NCBI GenBank assembly: GCA_023393015.1
Contig: JAEWMY010000037.1
Location: 12,830-76,829 of the forward strand
DNA: 64,000 nt
DNA from: Spirochaetota bacterium
GTDB lineage: Bacteria > Spirochaetota > Spirochaetia > Treponematales > Treponemataceae
Direction: 5' to 3'
In this document: positions 36,955 to 45,827 of the stretch, piece after piece
How the letters are laid out: each line of letters begins with the position of its first letter
Position numbering within the stretch: the stretch's first letter is position 1
The notes under the pieces: generated by a model
What the model was told of the DNA's origin: nothing
The model's database searches: none
What the model saw: only the letters and a program-made list of their open reading frames with translations
Made by a program: the position numbers and the translations under genes

Positions 36955-37008
36955 TAAATAACATAGAAATAGTATGATATAGCGAAGCGAAGAAATATGG
37001 AGGTAGAT

Positions 37009-37929
37009 ATGGCGCGAGTTGAAAGGATTACCGATCTGATCGGAAAAACCCCGCTGGTCAAGATAGCCCGACTCAACGAGGGAGGAGCGACTATTTACGC
37101 GAAGCTTGAAAGCTTCAATCCCTTCTCGAGCGTGAAGGACCGTATCGGCCTCGCCCTCATCGAGTCGGCCGAGCGGGACGGACGTATCAATAAGGATACC
37201 GTGATTATCGAGCCGACGAGCGGCAATACCGGCATCGGCCTCGCCGCGGTGGCCGCCGTCAAGGGCTACCGTATTATCCTGACCATGCCCGAGACCATGA
37301 GCGTCGAGCGGCGAAAACTCCTTGCCGCGTACGGTGCCGAACTTGTCCTGACGGAAGGAGCCAAGGGAATGAAGGGGGCGATAGCCAGGGCGGAGGAACT
37401 CGCCGCGCAAACGCCGAATTCCTTCATGCCCCAGCAGTTCAACAACCCGGCGAATTCGGAGATTCACCGGAAAACGACGGGGCCGGAGATATGGGACGAT
37501 ACCGACGGCGCTGTGGACATACTGATCGCGGGCGTCGGAACCGGAGGTACCATTACCGGCGCGGGTGAATATCTCAAGTCGAAGAAGCCGTCCGTCAAGG
37601 TTATCGCGGTAGAACCGGCCGCTTCCCCGGTGCTTTCCGGCGGGGCTCCCGGTCCGCACAAGATTCAGGGAATCGGCGCGGGCTTCGTGCCGGGAGTCCT
37701 CAATACCTCGGTGGTAGACGAGATCTACCAGACGGATGACGTGAAAGCGGGCACGACGGCGCGGCGCGCCGCGCGGGAAGAGGGAATCCTCGTCGGCATT
37801 TCCTCCGGGTCCGCGCTCGAGGCGGCGTTAACCGTCGCGAAGCGGCCCGAGAACGCGGGAAAGACGATCGTCGTCGTCCTTCCCGATTCGGGAGAGCGGT
37901 ATCTTTCCACGTGGCTCTGGGACGAGTGA
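37009..37929 (+). CDS. cysK: Cysteine synthase A (O-acetylserine sulfhydrylase)
   Basis: [16 protein letters not shown]...[23 protein letters not shown]...[14 protein letters not shown]...[10 protein letters not shown]. The PLP-Lys and TSGNTG loops are diagnostic. The ATG at 37009 follows GGAGG. Confidence 0.95.
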   Translation: MARVERITDLIGKTPLVKIARLNEGGATIYAKLESFNPFSSVKDRIGLALIESAERDGRINKDTVIIEPTSGNTGIGLAAVAAVKGYRIILTMPETMSVERRKLLAAYGAELVLTEGAKGMKGAIARAEELAAQTPNSFMPQQFNNPANSEIHRKTTGPEIWDDTDGAVDILIAGVGTGGTITGAGEYLKSKKPSVKVIAVEPAASPVLSGGAPGPHKIQGIGAGFVPGVLNTSVVDEIYQTDDVKAGTTARRAAREEGILVGISSGSALEAALTVAKRPENAGKTIVVVLPDSGERYLSTWLWDE

Positions 37930-37997
37930 TGGGAGATCGAGGGTGCGGCCGGATTCGGCACGCGTGATACATGAGCGTTGACATGGGGGAAAAAGGA

Positions 37998-39302
37998 ATG
38001 GCAAACACGTTTCGCTTCGAGACGTTGGCGGTTCACGGGGGGCAGACTCCGGATCCGACCACGAAGGCCCGCGGGGTGCCGGTCTGGCGCACCACGGCGT
38101 ACAACTTCGATTCGGCCGAGCACGGCGCGAATCTCTTCGCCCTCAAGGAACTCGGGTTCATCTACACCCGCCTGGGGGACCCGACCGGTCAGATCCTGGA
38201 AAACCGGCTCGCGATGCTCGAGGGAGGGGCGGCGGCGGTAGTTACCTCGTCGGGCACGGCGGCGATCCACTACACCGCGCTGACGCTCGCGCGAGCGGGA
38301 GACGAGATCGTCGCGGCGAGAAACCTCTACGGCGGCACGTATACCATGTTTACCGTCCTCCTGAAGGATCAGGGAATAAACGTGAAGCTCGTCGACGCCC
38401 TCGACCCGGAAAACTTCCGCGCCGCCATCACCGACAAGACGCGCTTTCTCTTCGTCGAAACGATCGGGAATCCGGCGCTTGACGTCGTGGACGTCAAGGC
38501 GATCGCGAAGATAGCGCACGAGAAGGGCATCCCGCTCGTCGTGGATTCTACCTTCACGCCGCCGAGCAACTACCGTCCGATAGAGGACGGAGCCGACATC
38601 GTCATCCACAGCCTCAGCAAGTGGATCGGCGGACACGGCGCGGGGATAGGCGGCGTGGTGATCGATTCGGGAAAGTTCGACTGGAAGGGCGGCAACGTGC
38701 CCCTGCTGACGGAGAGCGATCCCGCGTACCACGGCCTCCGCTGGGCGATCGACCTTCCCGATCCCTTGAGGCCCGTCGCCTTCGCCTTGCGGTTCAGGAC
38801 GGGTCCCTTGCGGAACCTCGGGGCCTGCCTTTCGCCCGACAATTCCTGGATATTCCTGCAGGGCCTCGAGACCCTTCCGCTCAGAATGGCCCGGCACAAC
38901 GAGAACGCCTTCAAGGTAGCCGAGTGGCTTTCGCGTAACCCGAAGGTGGCATGGGTGCGGTATCCGGGGCTCGCCTCCGACCCCTCTTACGCGGTCGCCT
39001 CGAGGCAGTTTAAAAACGGCTTCGGAGGAATGGTCGTATTCGGGATCAAGCCGGACGGAAAGACGAGCGGCAGGGACAAGGGGCAGCGGTTCATCGATTC
39101 CCTTTCCCTCTTCTCCAATCTCGCGAACGTCGGCGACGCCAAGAGCCTCGCCATACATTCGGCGAGCACGACGCACTCGCAGCTGACCGACAAGGAACAG
39201 CTCGACGCGGGTCTCCCTCCCGATCTCGTGCGTCTTTCGGTCGGCATAGAGCATATCGACGACATCATCGCCGATATCGAGCAGGCGCTTTCCAAGGCTT
39301 GA
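37998..39302 (+). CDS. metY: O-acetylhomoserine (thiol)-lyase / sulfhydrylase (Cys/Met PLP family)
   Basis: FETLAVHGGQTPDPTTKARGVPVWRTTAYNFDS...GFIYTRLGDPT...HSLSKWIGGHG (PLP Lys)...SLAIHSASTTHSQL. Confidence 0.9.
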   Translation: MANTFRFETLAVHGGQTPDPTTKARGVPVWRTTAYNFDSAEHGANLFALKELGFIYTRLGDPTGQILENRLAMLEGGAAAVVTSSGTAAIHYTALTLARAGDEIVAARNLYGGTYTMFTVLLKDQGINVKLVDALDPENFRAAITDKTRFLFVETIGNPALDVVDVKAIAKIAHEKGIPLVVDSTFTPPSNYRPIEDGADIVIHSLSKWIGGHGAGIGGVVIDSGKFDWKGGNVPLLTESDPAYHGLRWAIDLPDPLRPVAFALRFRTGPLRNLGACLSPDNSWIFLQGLETLPLRMARHNENAFKVAEWLSRNPKVAWVRYPGLASDPSYAVASRQFKNGFGGMVVFGIKPDGKTSGRDKGQRFIDSLSLFSNLANVGDAKSLAIHSASTTHSQLTDKEQLDAGLPPDLVRLSVGIEHIDDIIADIEQALSKA

Positions 39303-39332
39303 CACGAGAGACGTATCGTAACGCATCCTCAA

Positions 39333-39363
39333 GCGACCGCCGTAACGGCGGTCGCTTTTTTTT
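39333..39363 (+). terminator. Rho-independent terminator after the sulfhydrylase gene
   Basis: GCGACCGCCG-taa-CGGCGGTCGC, a perfect 10-bp stem followed by T8. Confidence 0.85.
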
Positions 39364-39472
39364 CGCAAGTCGACAACGCGCGTGGTATCGTCTTTCCTTT
39401 AGAACCGCGAACGAAGAAAAATGTGTTTTCTCTAATTCCGTGCTATACTCGGAACTAAGGGGAAACACTTAC

Positions 39473-39808
39473 ATGACAGAAGGAAGGGAAAAAGGCGTCG
39501 ACGAGGCGTTTTGTCGGTCATGCGGCGCGATCGTCAAGAAAGAGGCGGAGATTTGCCTGAAATGCGGCGTGCGCCAGCGGCCGGCTCCGATCGTCTCCGA
39601 TATCTCGTCGAACTGGCTTGCGATCCTCCTTTTGTGCCTGTTCCTCGGATCGCTCGGCGTACACCGGTTTTACGTTGGCAAGATCGGGACGGGGCTTCTC
39701 ATGCTCCTGACGCTTGGCGGGTTCGGCGTATGGACCATCATCGATCTCGTACTCATCATCACCGACAGGTTCACGGACGCTCGGGGCCTATTCATACAGA
39801 GGGTGTAA
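39473..39808 (+). CDS. Zinc-ribbon plus TM2-domain membrane protein
   Basis: CRSCGAIVKKEAEICLKCG (C-x2-C ... C-x2-C), then LAILLLCLFLGSLGVHRFYVGKIGTGLLMLLTLGGFGVWTIIDLVLI (TM2 domain pattern GxHRFY...G...D). Confidence 0.8.
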   Translation: MTEGREKGVDEAFCRSCGAIVKKEAEICLKCGVRQRPAPIVSDISSNWLAILLLCLFLGSLGVHRFYVGKIGTGLLMLLTLGGFGVWTIIDLVLIITDRFTDARGLFIQRV

Positions 39809-39826
39809 CGTCGGGAGGTTCCGGGA

Positions 39827-40582
39827 ATGAGTCCTTCGAAGTATACCTTATTATACGTAGGCACCGATCCTTCCGGGGATCTCGCAATGGTCGAAGACTT
39901 GCGGCGTATCGGATATATCGTGGAATACGCGTCGAAGGAGATGGACGCCCTCAAGGTCTTGTTTTCCGAGGGCAAAAGAACGGACTTGGCCGTGGCATCC
40001 GTCGATCCCGTGGCGTACGGCGTGTATCTGAACGACGGTAGTCTGGATTCCCTCAACGTTCCGATAGTATTCATTCCCTTGTTTCACGACGACTCGTTCG
40101 ATGAGCAAATAAGCCGGAATTGGCGATACGCCCTCGTTTCGAGGGATGCCGGCATCGAAGAGCTCGACCGTGCATTGCGACGCCTGCTCGTTGACTTCGA
40201 GGAACACAGTCGACTGATTGAAACCGAAGGTCGCTTCGAGGATAACGTAGACGCCTTCGTTTTGCACGAGATCATTTGCGACGACGAGGGGAAGCCGGTG
40301 GATTACCGCTTTCTGGACGCTGACGGGAATTTTCTCAGGCGTGTCGGAATGAAGAAGGAATATCTGATAGGAAAAACGGCGCTGGAGCTTTTTCCTAAAA
40401 CCGAGTCGGTCTGGGTGGAAACGTTCGGCCGGGTCGCCTTGACCGGAAAACCCGAGACGATTACGCACTATGCCGCGGAGTTCGACAAGTACTACGAGGC
40501 GAGGGTCTATTCGACGGAACCCGGTCAGTTCATGGCCCTGTATATCGACGTGCAAAAGTTGCGCGGCAAGAAAAGCACGTGA
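39827..40582 (+). CDS. Stand-alone degenerate receiver-like domain fused to a PAS domain (no output domain)
   Basis: The N-terminal ~120 aa have REC-like beta/alpha periodicity (TLLYVGTD...DLAVASVD...VPIVFIP) but non-canonical acidic and Lys positions. The C-terminal half, FVLHEIICDDEGKPVDYRFLDADGNFLRRVGMKKEYLIGKTALELFP...YYEARVYSTEPGQFMALYIDVQK, is a typical PAS fold sequence. Confidence 0.55.
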   Translation: MSPSKYTLLYVGTDPSGDLAMVEDLRRIGYIVEYASKEMDALKVLFSEGKRTDLAVASVDPVAYGVYLNDGSLDSLNVPIVFIPLFHDDSFDEQISRNWRYALVSRDAGIEELDRALRRLLVDFEEHSRLIETEGRFEDNVDAFVLHEIICDDEGKPVDYRFLDADGNFLRRVGMKKEYLIGKTALELFPKTESVWVETFGRVALTGKPETITHYAAEFDKYYEARVYSTEPGQFMALYIDVQKLRGKKST

Positions 40583-41625
40583 GACGGATACGCGTCGCGT
40601 GCCTGCTCGCAATCCTCATGGGACAATCGTTCGCGAACGACTCCGCGCCCGGATTGACCGGTATCGCCGACTCGCTCGTCGCGACGCGGCCGCGCGCGGC
40701 GTTCCGCACGGGATCGATCGACCATGACGCCGACGGCCTCGTGCTTGACGATTTCGCGGGGATGCTTTCGTGCGACGACCGCCTGAGCGAGTATCTGTCG
40801 GGCGACGGTGACCTGTATTACGAGCTGTTTTCCGGGATAATAGAAGAGACGATCCGCGGAAAATTCGGCGACGGATACGGAACGCTGTACGCCATGGTCG
40901 ATTCCTCCGCCGAGGACGCCGTCGTCCTCATTTCGGTCGCCGTCGAGTTCTCGAGAACGGCGTTGTTGCCCGTGTTTCTCGAGACCGTCGGACGCGAACT
41001 GACCGTATCGTTTATCATGCCCTGTTCGGCTGAATTCTCCCTCTCGCTTTCGATCGAGGTCGATTCGTCGGTCGTGCTCGGCGATGACGCGGGCAGGGGA
41101 TGCTCGATCTCGGTCGATCACCTCGCGATCGAGATTTCCTCGATCGAAGAATATCCCGCTCGAACGGCCGAGGTCGTGTACCGCGGTTCTCCTCGGACCA
41201 TGCGTATCGTCGATCCCTCGCTCGAGGCCTTCTGCGGCTGGTATTTGACCGGCGGATCCGGCGGGACCTCGGATCCCCCCGAAAATCCAGAAGCTCCCGA
41301 CGAAGCCCGTGACGAAAGGCCTTTCGTCACGCGAGATGACGATGACCGCGAACGAACGTGGTTGACGTACGAGCGAATCGCCCGCGGCGAATACGAATGG
41401 CTCGCGCGACCGTTCGGGGAAATGCGGTTTTCCCTGCGTCAAATCGATACCGGGCGGGGAGAGGACGGAAACGCGGATGAGGACATCCTCGAGGTTTTCT
41501 ATGAGACCGATGACGTATCGGTCGACGCGACGGAAGGCCAGCGGGACGCAATACCGCATCGCGTTTCGGTCGTCGATAACGGCGAATCGTTCGACTTGAC
41601 GTTATCTGATCCCGTACGCCGGTGA
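40579..41625 (+). CDS. Secreted acidic protein, unknown function
   Basis: The GTG start overlaps the upstream stop. Signal peptide MRRIRVACLLAILMGQSFA. GC3 is very high in this frame, whereas the competing antisense ORF 40525..41559 is Arg-rich shadow. Confidence 0.55.
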   Translation: MRRIRVACLLAILMGQSFANDSAPGLTGIADSLVATRPRAAFRTGSIDHDADGLVLDDFAGMLSCDDRLSEYLSGDGDLYYELFSGIIEETIRGKFGDGYGTLYAMVDSSAEDAVVLISVAVEFSRTALLPVFLETVGRELTVSFIMPCSAEFSLSLSIEVDSSVVLGDDAGRGCSISVDHLAIEISSIEEYPARTAEVVYRGSPRTMRIVDPSLEAFCGWYLTGGSGGTSDPPENPEAPDEARDERPFVTRDDDDRERTWLTYERIARGEYEWLARPFGEMRFSLRQIDTGRGEDGNADEDILEVFYETDDVSVDATEGQRDAIPHRVSVVDNGESFDLTLSDPVRR

Positions 41626-41628
41626 CGG

Positions 41629-43713
41629 CTACGTCCTGAACTTTCCTATTACCGACTCCATTTCCCGTATGCTGTCGTTCGTCTTGCCCGCGAGATTCGC
41701 CAGTGTTTGCGCCGACTGGTTTATCTCCTCGGAGCCGAGGCTCATCTCGTCCATGCTGCCGGCTATCGTGGAGGAGGCCTCGGAGACTTCTTTCATCGCC
41801 TCGAGCGCCTTTTTCGTTTCCCGTTTCATCTCGGAAGCCTTGTCCTTGACGCCCGACGAGGCTTCGCTCATGTCGCGCAGGGCCTCGAGTATCTGACGCG
41901 ATCCCTCCTTTTGCTCGGACATCGCTCCTTCGATCTCCTTGACCAGCGCTCCCGTCCGCTCGATCCCGGAGTTGAGCGAGGAAAACGCCGTTTCCGATTC
42001 GTGGGACACGTCGACGACCTCGGCGATACCCGTCTTGATGCGCGTCAGCTCGGTTCCTATCTTACGCGATTGCTCCGCCGATGTTTCCGAGAGGCGTCGG
42101 ATTTCGTCGGCGACGACCGAGAATCCCTTTCCCGCCTCGCCCGCGTGCGCCGCCTCAATCGCGGCGTTCATCGCGAGGAGGTTCGTCTGCGCGGCTATTC
42201 CGGTGATCGCCGCGTTCGCGTCCAGGAGCTGTTCTGACTGTTTCGAGATTTCCTTGACGCGAGCGTCGACCGCTTCCTGTTTTACGCGGCCTTCCTGCGA
42301 CTCCTTCATGAGCGTCTCGAAGCGCTGCGCCATCTTGTCGACCGAGGCGGTTACCGAGGCGATGTTCCCTATCATCTGCTCGACCGAAGCCGAGGCCTCG
42401 ACGCTGCCGGCGACCTGCGTTTCTATAAGCGCGTCCAACCGCTCGGCCCCGCTCGCTACCGAATCCATGGCGGCGGACATCTTGTCCACGGAAGAAGCCT
42501 GAAAGGCGGTCTGTTTGCGTACTCCGTCGATATTCGCCAGTATCTGCGCGATGGCCGCCGCCGACTCGCTGGAACTGGACGCGAGATCATCCCCGATCGC
42601 CCCGAGCGTCCTTTGCGTTCCCTGCAACCTCGCGATCATCCCCCGCAGTTTCTCGACGAACCCGTTGAAACCGTCGACCAGCGCGCCGATCTCGTCGGCC
42701 CGTCGCATGGAAATGCGCTTCGTGAGGTCCGCGTCCCCTTGCGATATCTCGCGGAAGGACCGCGCGAGTATTCCCAGGGGTTTCGCGAAAGCCGAGCCGA
42801 GCGCGACGGCGAGTATGATTCCCAGCACGACGCTGAGCGCCGCGAGCGTTATGAAATTCCGCGAAAGGCTCCGCAACGGCGCCATGATGGTATCCGCCGG
42901 AAGCGATATCGCCGCGCTCCAGGCGTATTCGCCGATCGGCGCGTACGCGAGAAACTTCTTTTCTTCGTTGATCGTGTACGACTCTATCGCGCGTTTTCCC
43001 TCGGTCATCCGCGTTATTATTGAAGCGAGCGGCAGGAGCGACGCGTCTTCTTTCGCCTTCTCCAGGACGTTTACGCCCTGCGAAACCTGGTCCTGATCGG
43101 TGTGAGCGATCGGTTTTCCGGTCGCGCCGAGAATGAAGGCCTCCGATCCCTTCCCGTAGTTTGACTCCAACAGCCGTTTGCTCAGGAACTCCGCATTGCG
43201 TTGGCCTATGAGAGCCCCACGCAACGTTCCGTCCCTGACGATGGGGACCGCGAACAGTACCGTCAAAAGGTTTTCTTCCCCCGCGACGGCGCTGAATACG
43301 GGATCGGAAACTGCCGGGGCGCGCTCCCTCAACACCCTTTGCAAGTACGCCCTTCCTGAGAGGTTCGCCGTTCGTCCGTTAGCGAGGTAGAGTATCCCGT
43401 CGAGATCCGCGGGAGACATGGAATTGAAACCGAGTCGTTTCGCCTCCGAATCGAGGATCGCGTACAGATCTCGGTCGTACGAGGAGAAGTCCGCTACTGC
43501 GGCGATCGTCTGGAGTTGCGCGAGTTGCAGGTCGATCCAGGATGAATACGCGTCGGCCAGGTGGTCAACCTCGGTCAAGAGCGTCCTTTCGACCTCTTCG
43601 TTCAGGATCCGCGACGACCCGAGAAACGAGAAGAGACCCATCACGACCGACAGGACCAGCGTCATGCCGATAAAGGCGATAATCTGTTTGGTTCGAACTT
43701 TCAGGGCGATCAT
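41629..43713 (-). CDS. Methyl-accepting chemotaxis protein with a periplasmic dCache-like sensor and HAMP
   Basis: TM1, a ~270-aa periplasmic domain (..DPVFSAVAGEENLLTVLFAVPIVRDGTLRGALIGQRN..), TM2, HAMP, and the signalling domain [38 protein letters not shown]. Confidence 0.9.
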   Translation of the reverse strand: MIALKVRTKQIIAFIGMTLVLSVVMGLFSFLGSSRILNEEVERTLLTEVDHLADAYSSWIDLQLAQLQTIAAVADFSSYDRDLYAILDSEAKRLGFNSMSPADLDGILYLANGRTANLSGRAYLQRVLRERAPAVSDPVFSAVAGEENLLTVLFAVPIVRDGTLRGALIGQRNAEFLSKRLLESNYGKGSEAFILGATGKPIAHTDQDQVSQGVNVLEKAKEDASLLPLASIITRMTEGKRAIESYTINEEKKFLAYAPIGEYAWSAAISLPADTIMAPLRSLSRNFITLAALSVVLGIILAVALGSAFAKPLGILARSFREISQGDADLTKRISMRRADEIGALVDGFNGFVEKLRGMIARLQGTQRTLGAIGDDLASSSSESAAAIAQILANIDGVRKQTAFQASSVDKMSAAMDSVASGAERLDALIETQVAGSVEASASVEQMIGNIASVTASVDKMAQRFETLMKESQEGRVKQEAVDARVKEISKQSEQLLDANAAITGIAAQTNLLAMNAAIEAAHAGEAGKGFSVVADEIRRLSETSAEQSRKIGTELTRIKTGIAEVVDVSHESETAFSSLNSGIERTGALVKEIEGAMSEQKEGSRQILEALRDMSEASSGVKDKASEMKRETKKALEAMKEVSEASSTIAGSMDEMSLGSEEINQSAQTLANLAGKTNDSIREMESVIGKFRT

Positions 43714-43744
43714 CCTCGTACCTCCGTGATATGTCGTTTCGTAC

Positions 43745-45091
43745 CTACCAGGAAAACGCCTCGTACGAGACGTTGCCTTCGGGAATTCCCGCGTCGGTCA
43801 AATGGGTTTGAATGGAGCGTCTGAACGCGTCGGGGCCGCAAATAAAAGCCTTTGTCGCCCGCGGCGATTCGAAGCGCGCGAGCGTCTCGCCGATCGCGTC
43901 GGCGTCGATCCGGCCGTCGGGAGCGTCGCCTTCGAACGAGGACTCTCCCGTCACGAAGACGCGATAGACGAAGTCCGGCAAGCGCCCTGAGATCGCGCGC
44001 AATTCCGCCGCCGCGAAGGCCTCGTCCCTGCGGCGTACCGACCAGAGAAGCGTCACCGCGCCCGCGCGCGACCTCTCCGCGAAATCGCGAAGAATCGAAA
44101 GGAAGGGAGTGATCCCGATGCCCCCCGCGACGAAGACGATTTCACGGTCCCCGTCATCGGGACGGAACAGGCCGTAGGGACCGTCGACGAGGCATGTCAC
44201 TCCTACCTTGAGCGAGGAGAGTCTCGCCGTAAAGTCCCCGAGCGCCTTGACCGTGAACGTCGTAGTAGGCGACGACGGCGGGCTGCTGATCGTGAAGGGG
44301 TGCTCGCCGAAACCGCACGACCGGTCGAGAAACCGGATGAACGCGAACTGCCCGGCTTCGTGCCGGATTGTCCGTCCCCGTCGCGACGTCAGCCCGATCT
44401 CGGTGATGCCGTCGGCGAGGCGCCTGACGGAGGTGACTGTGTGTGCGTTTCTGAGGGCAAGGAGCGGCCGGGCGATCTTGTGATAGACGTAAAAGAGAAC
44501 GGCGAAAAGCCCCGTGACGGCGGCGAATGCCGTTTTTCCGGCGGTTTCCCGCACGGGGGAGGCGAGCAGAACGTGGATCACGACGAGCGCGAAAGCGGGC
44601 GCCGCGAAATTATGGAGGAGCTTGAGCAGGGTATAGTCCGCGCGCGCGCTTCGTTTCATAAACCGCGTGATTGACGAAAAGGGCGGCGTGCGGTCGAGCG
44701 GGGTTTCCAGCATCAGGAGGACGGTCATGAGGATCACGATCAGGAAGAGCGCGAGCCCGATCGAGCCGAGGACCGACTGGACGGTGTCCTCGGCGAAGTA
44801 CGCCTTTTTCAGTACGGCATGCGGTATGGCGCTTCCGAGCGCGAGGCCGGCGATTATTCCGTGCATGACGAGTATCCGGTCGTGGCCGAACGCCCGGTCG
44901 AGCGCCCTGACGCGCGATCCGAGCACCAGCGCGACGGCGAAGTAACAATAGCTGACAAGCCCGAAAAACATCGCGAGCGAGTAACTGTGGAAAAAACTAT
45001 ACCAGTTGCCCTGGAAGAACAGGGCGACCGACGCGAGCGGGTAGAGCACCGTCGCCGCGACGATGATCGCGTTCTTCCGGACTTCTTTCAT
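43745..45091 (-). CDS. NOX/ferric-reductase-family membrane flavocytochrome (FRD transmembrane domain plus FAD/NAD(P)H dehydrogenase domain)
   Basis: Bis-haem His pairs MHGIIAGLALGSAIPH (H-x13-H) and LHNFAAPAFALVVIH (H-x12-H). FAD motif HPFTISS, NAD(P)H motif GGIGITPFLS, and a C-terminal ICGP. Confidence 0.85.
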   Translation of the reverse strand: MKEVRKNAIIVAATVLYPLASVALFFQGNWYSFFHSYSLAMFFGLVSYCYFAVALVLGSRVRALDRAFGHDRILVMHGIIAGLALGSAIPHAVLKKAYFAEDTVQSVLGSIGLALFLIVILMTVLLMLETPLDRTPPFSSITRFMKRSARADYTLLKLLHNFAAPAFALVVIHVLLASPVRETAGKTAFAAVTGLFAVLFYVYHKIARPLLALRNAHTVTSVRRLADGITEIGLTSRRGRTIRHEAGQFAFIRFLDRSCGFGEHPFTISSPPSSPTTTFTVKALGDFTARLSSLKVGVTCLVDGPYGLFRPDDGDREIVFVAGGIGITPFLSILRDFAERSRAGAVTLLWSVRRRDEAFAAAELRAISGRLPDFVYRVFVTGESSFEGDAPDGRIDADAIGETLARFESPRATKAFICGPDAFRRSIQTHLTDAGIPEGNVSYEAFSW

Positions 45092-45564
45092 CGCGCCGTA
45101 CCGGTTCTTTCGAGTCTTTCCGTTATCCGCGCGAAATACTCACGGGCGAGATTTTTAACTTCCTTTTTGGCGGACGCGCTCGTCACCGCGTCGACGGGCG
45201 TTTCCACCTTCCAGTCGCGGATCTGCGTCGTGTGAAGGAGGATATACGCGTTGGAGGCGCGGTTCCTTTCGATCCACTCGGTTACCCAGGGGCGCACCTT
45301 CGAGTTGACTCCCGAGTTCGTGATGAAGACTGCCGCGTAGTCCGAGGCATTGTATCCGTCAAGACCGCCTTTGGGATGCTTCACCTTCACCACGGCGTAG
45401 CCCGCGCCGGTCAGTAGCGACTCGAGTTCCGCCACGAGCGCTTCCTTGAAGCCGGTCTTTTCCGAGGCGATCAATATGGTTCCCTTCGACTGACCCGCGA
45501 GCGGAAGGGGCATGATGAAGGCGACGAGAATGGCGGCCAACATGATGTTTTTGAGCGTGCGCAT
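45088..45564 (-). CDS. Exported or membrane-anchored small alpha/beta protein (possibly flavodoxin-like), translationally coupled to the NOX-like gene
   Basis: Signal/anchor [24 protein letters not shown]. It then alternates beta-alpha: [60 protein letters not shown] overlap with the downstream gene (45088-45091). The fold assignment is a guess. Confidence 0.5.
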   Translation of the reverse strand: MRTLKNIMLAAILVAFIMPLPLAGQSKGTILIASEKTGFKEALVAELESLLTGAGYAVVKVKHPKGGLDGYNASDYAAVFITNSGVNSKVRPWVTEWIERNRASNAYILLHTTQIRDWKVETPVDAVTSASAKKEVKNLAREYFARITERLERTGTAR

Positions 45565-45726
45565 GGGTGTCTCCGTTTATCGTAACCCGGCGTGTCCGGG
45601 CGTTTCGGCAACCGCCCCTACGGACGGGCCCTGCGCATAGTATACAGTACAAGCACGCGTCGGACCAAGAAAAAACGTTCCGTGTCGGCGCGGAATCCGC
45701 TTTCGCCGTTCGTTCGGGAAATCCGC

Positions 45727-45755
45727 TTGACAGCGCAATAAAACGGCCGGAATAT
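45727..45755 (+). promoter_or_regulatory. Possible sigma70-like promoter for the second MCP gene
   Basis: TTGACA (45727-45732), a 17-nt spacer, then GAATAT (45750-45755). It is preceded by the direct repeat GAATCCGCTT / GAAATCCGCTT. Confidence 0.3.
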
Positions 45756-45827
45756 GGAAACGTGGCCGGCTGTGTCGGTACTTTTTTGCGTAGCATCGGA
45801 ACAACGGTTTTCCAGTCGGAGGAAGAC

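Noticed and set aside
37725-39368. Very long antisense ORFs throughout the track. Examples: 37725..39368 (-, 547 aa), 9940..11292 (-), 12976..14382 (-), 22361..23893 (-), 47698..49497 (-), 53868..55394 (+), 59333..60676 (-) and 62221..63882 (-).
   Set aside because: All lie opposite genes with strong family signatures and have Arg/Pro/Gly/His-rich, domain-free translations. Open antisense frames are expected in high-GC coding DNA. I treat them as shadow ORFs, not overlapping genes.
40525-41559. 344-aa minus-strand ORF competing with the + strand secreted-protein gene 40579..41625.
   Set aside because: The + frame has a signal peptide, start/stop coupling to the upstream gene and strongly GC-biased third positions. 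The minus-frame product is Arg/Asp-rich with no features.
45565-45827. A possible attenuator or riboswitch in the 263-nt divergent region between the flavodoxin-like gene and the second MCP gene.
   Set aside because: It contains small hairpins (CCCGG-N5-CCGGG, GCCGG...CCGGC) and a T6 run. The T-run is not adjacent to a stem, and nothing resembles a known riboswitch core. Only a tentative promoter was recorded.
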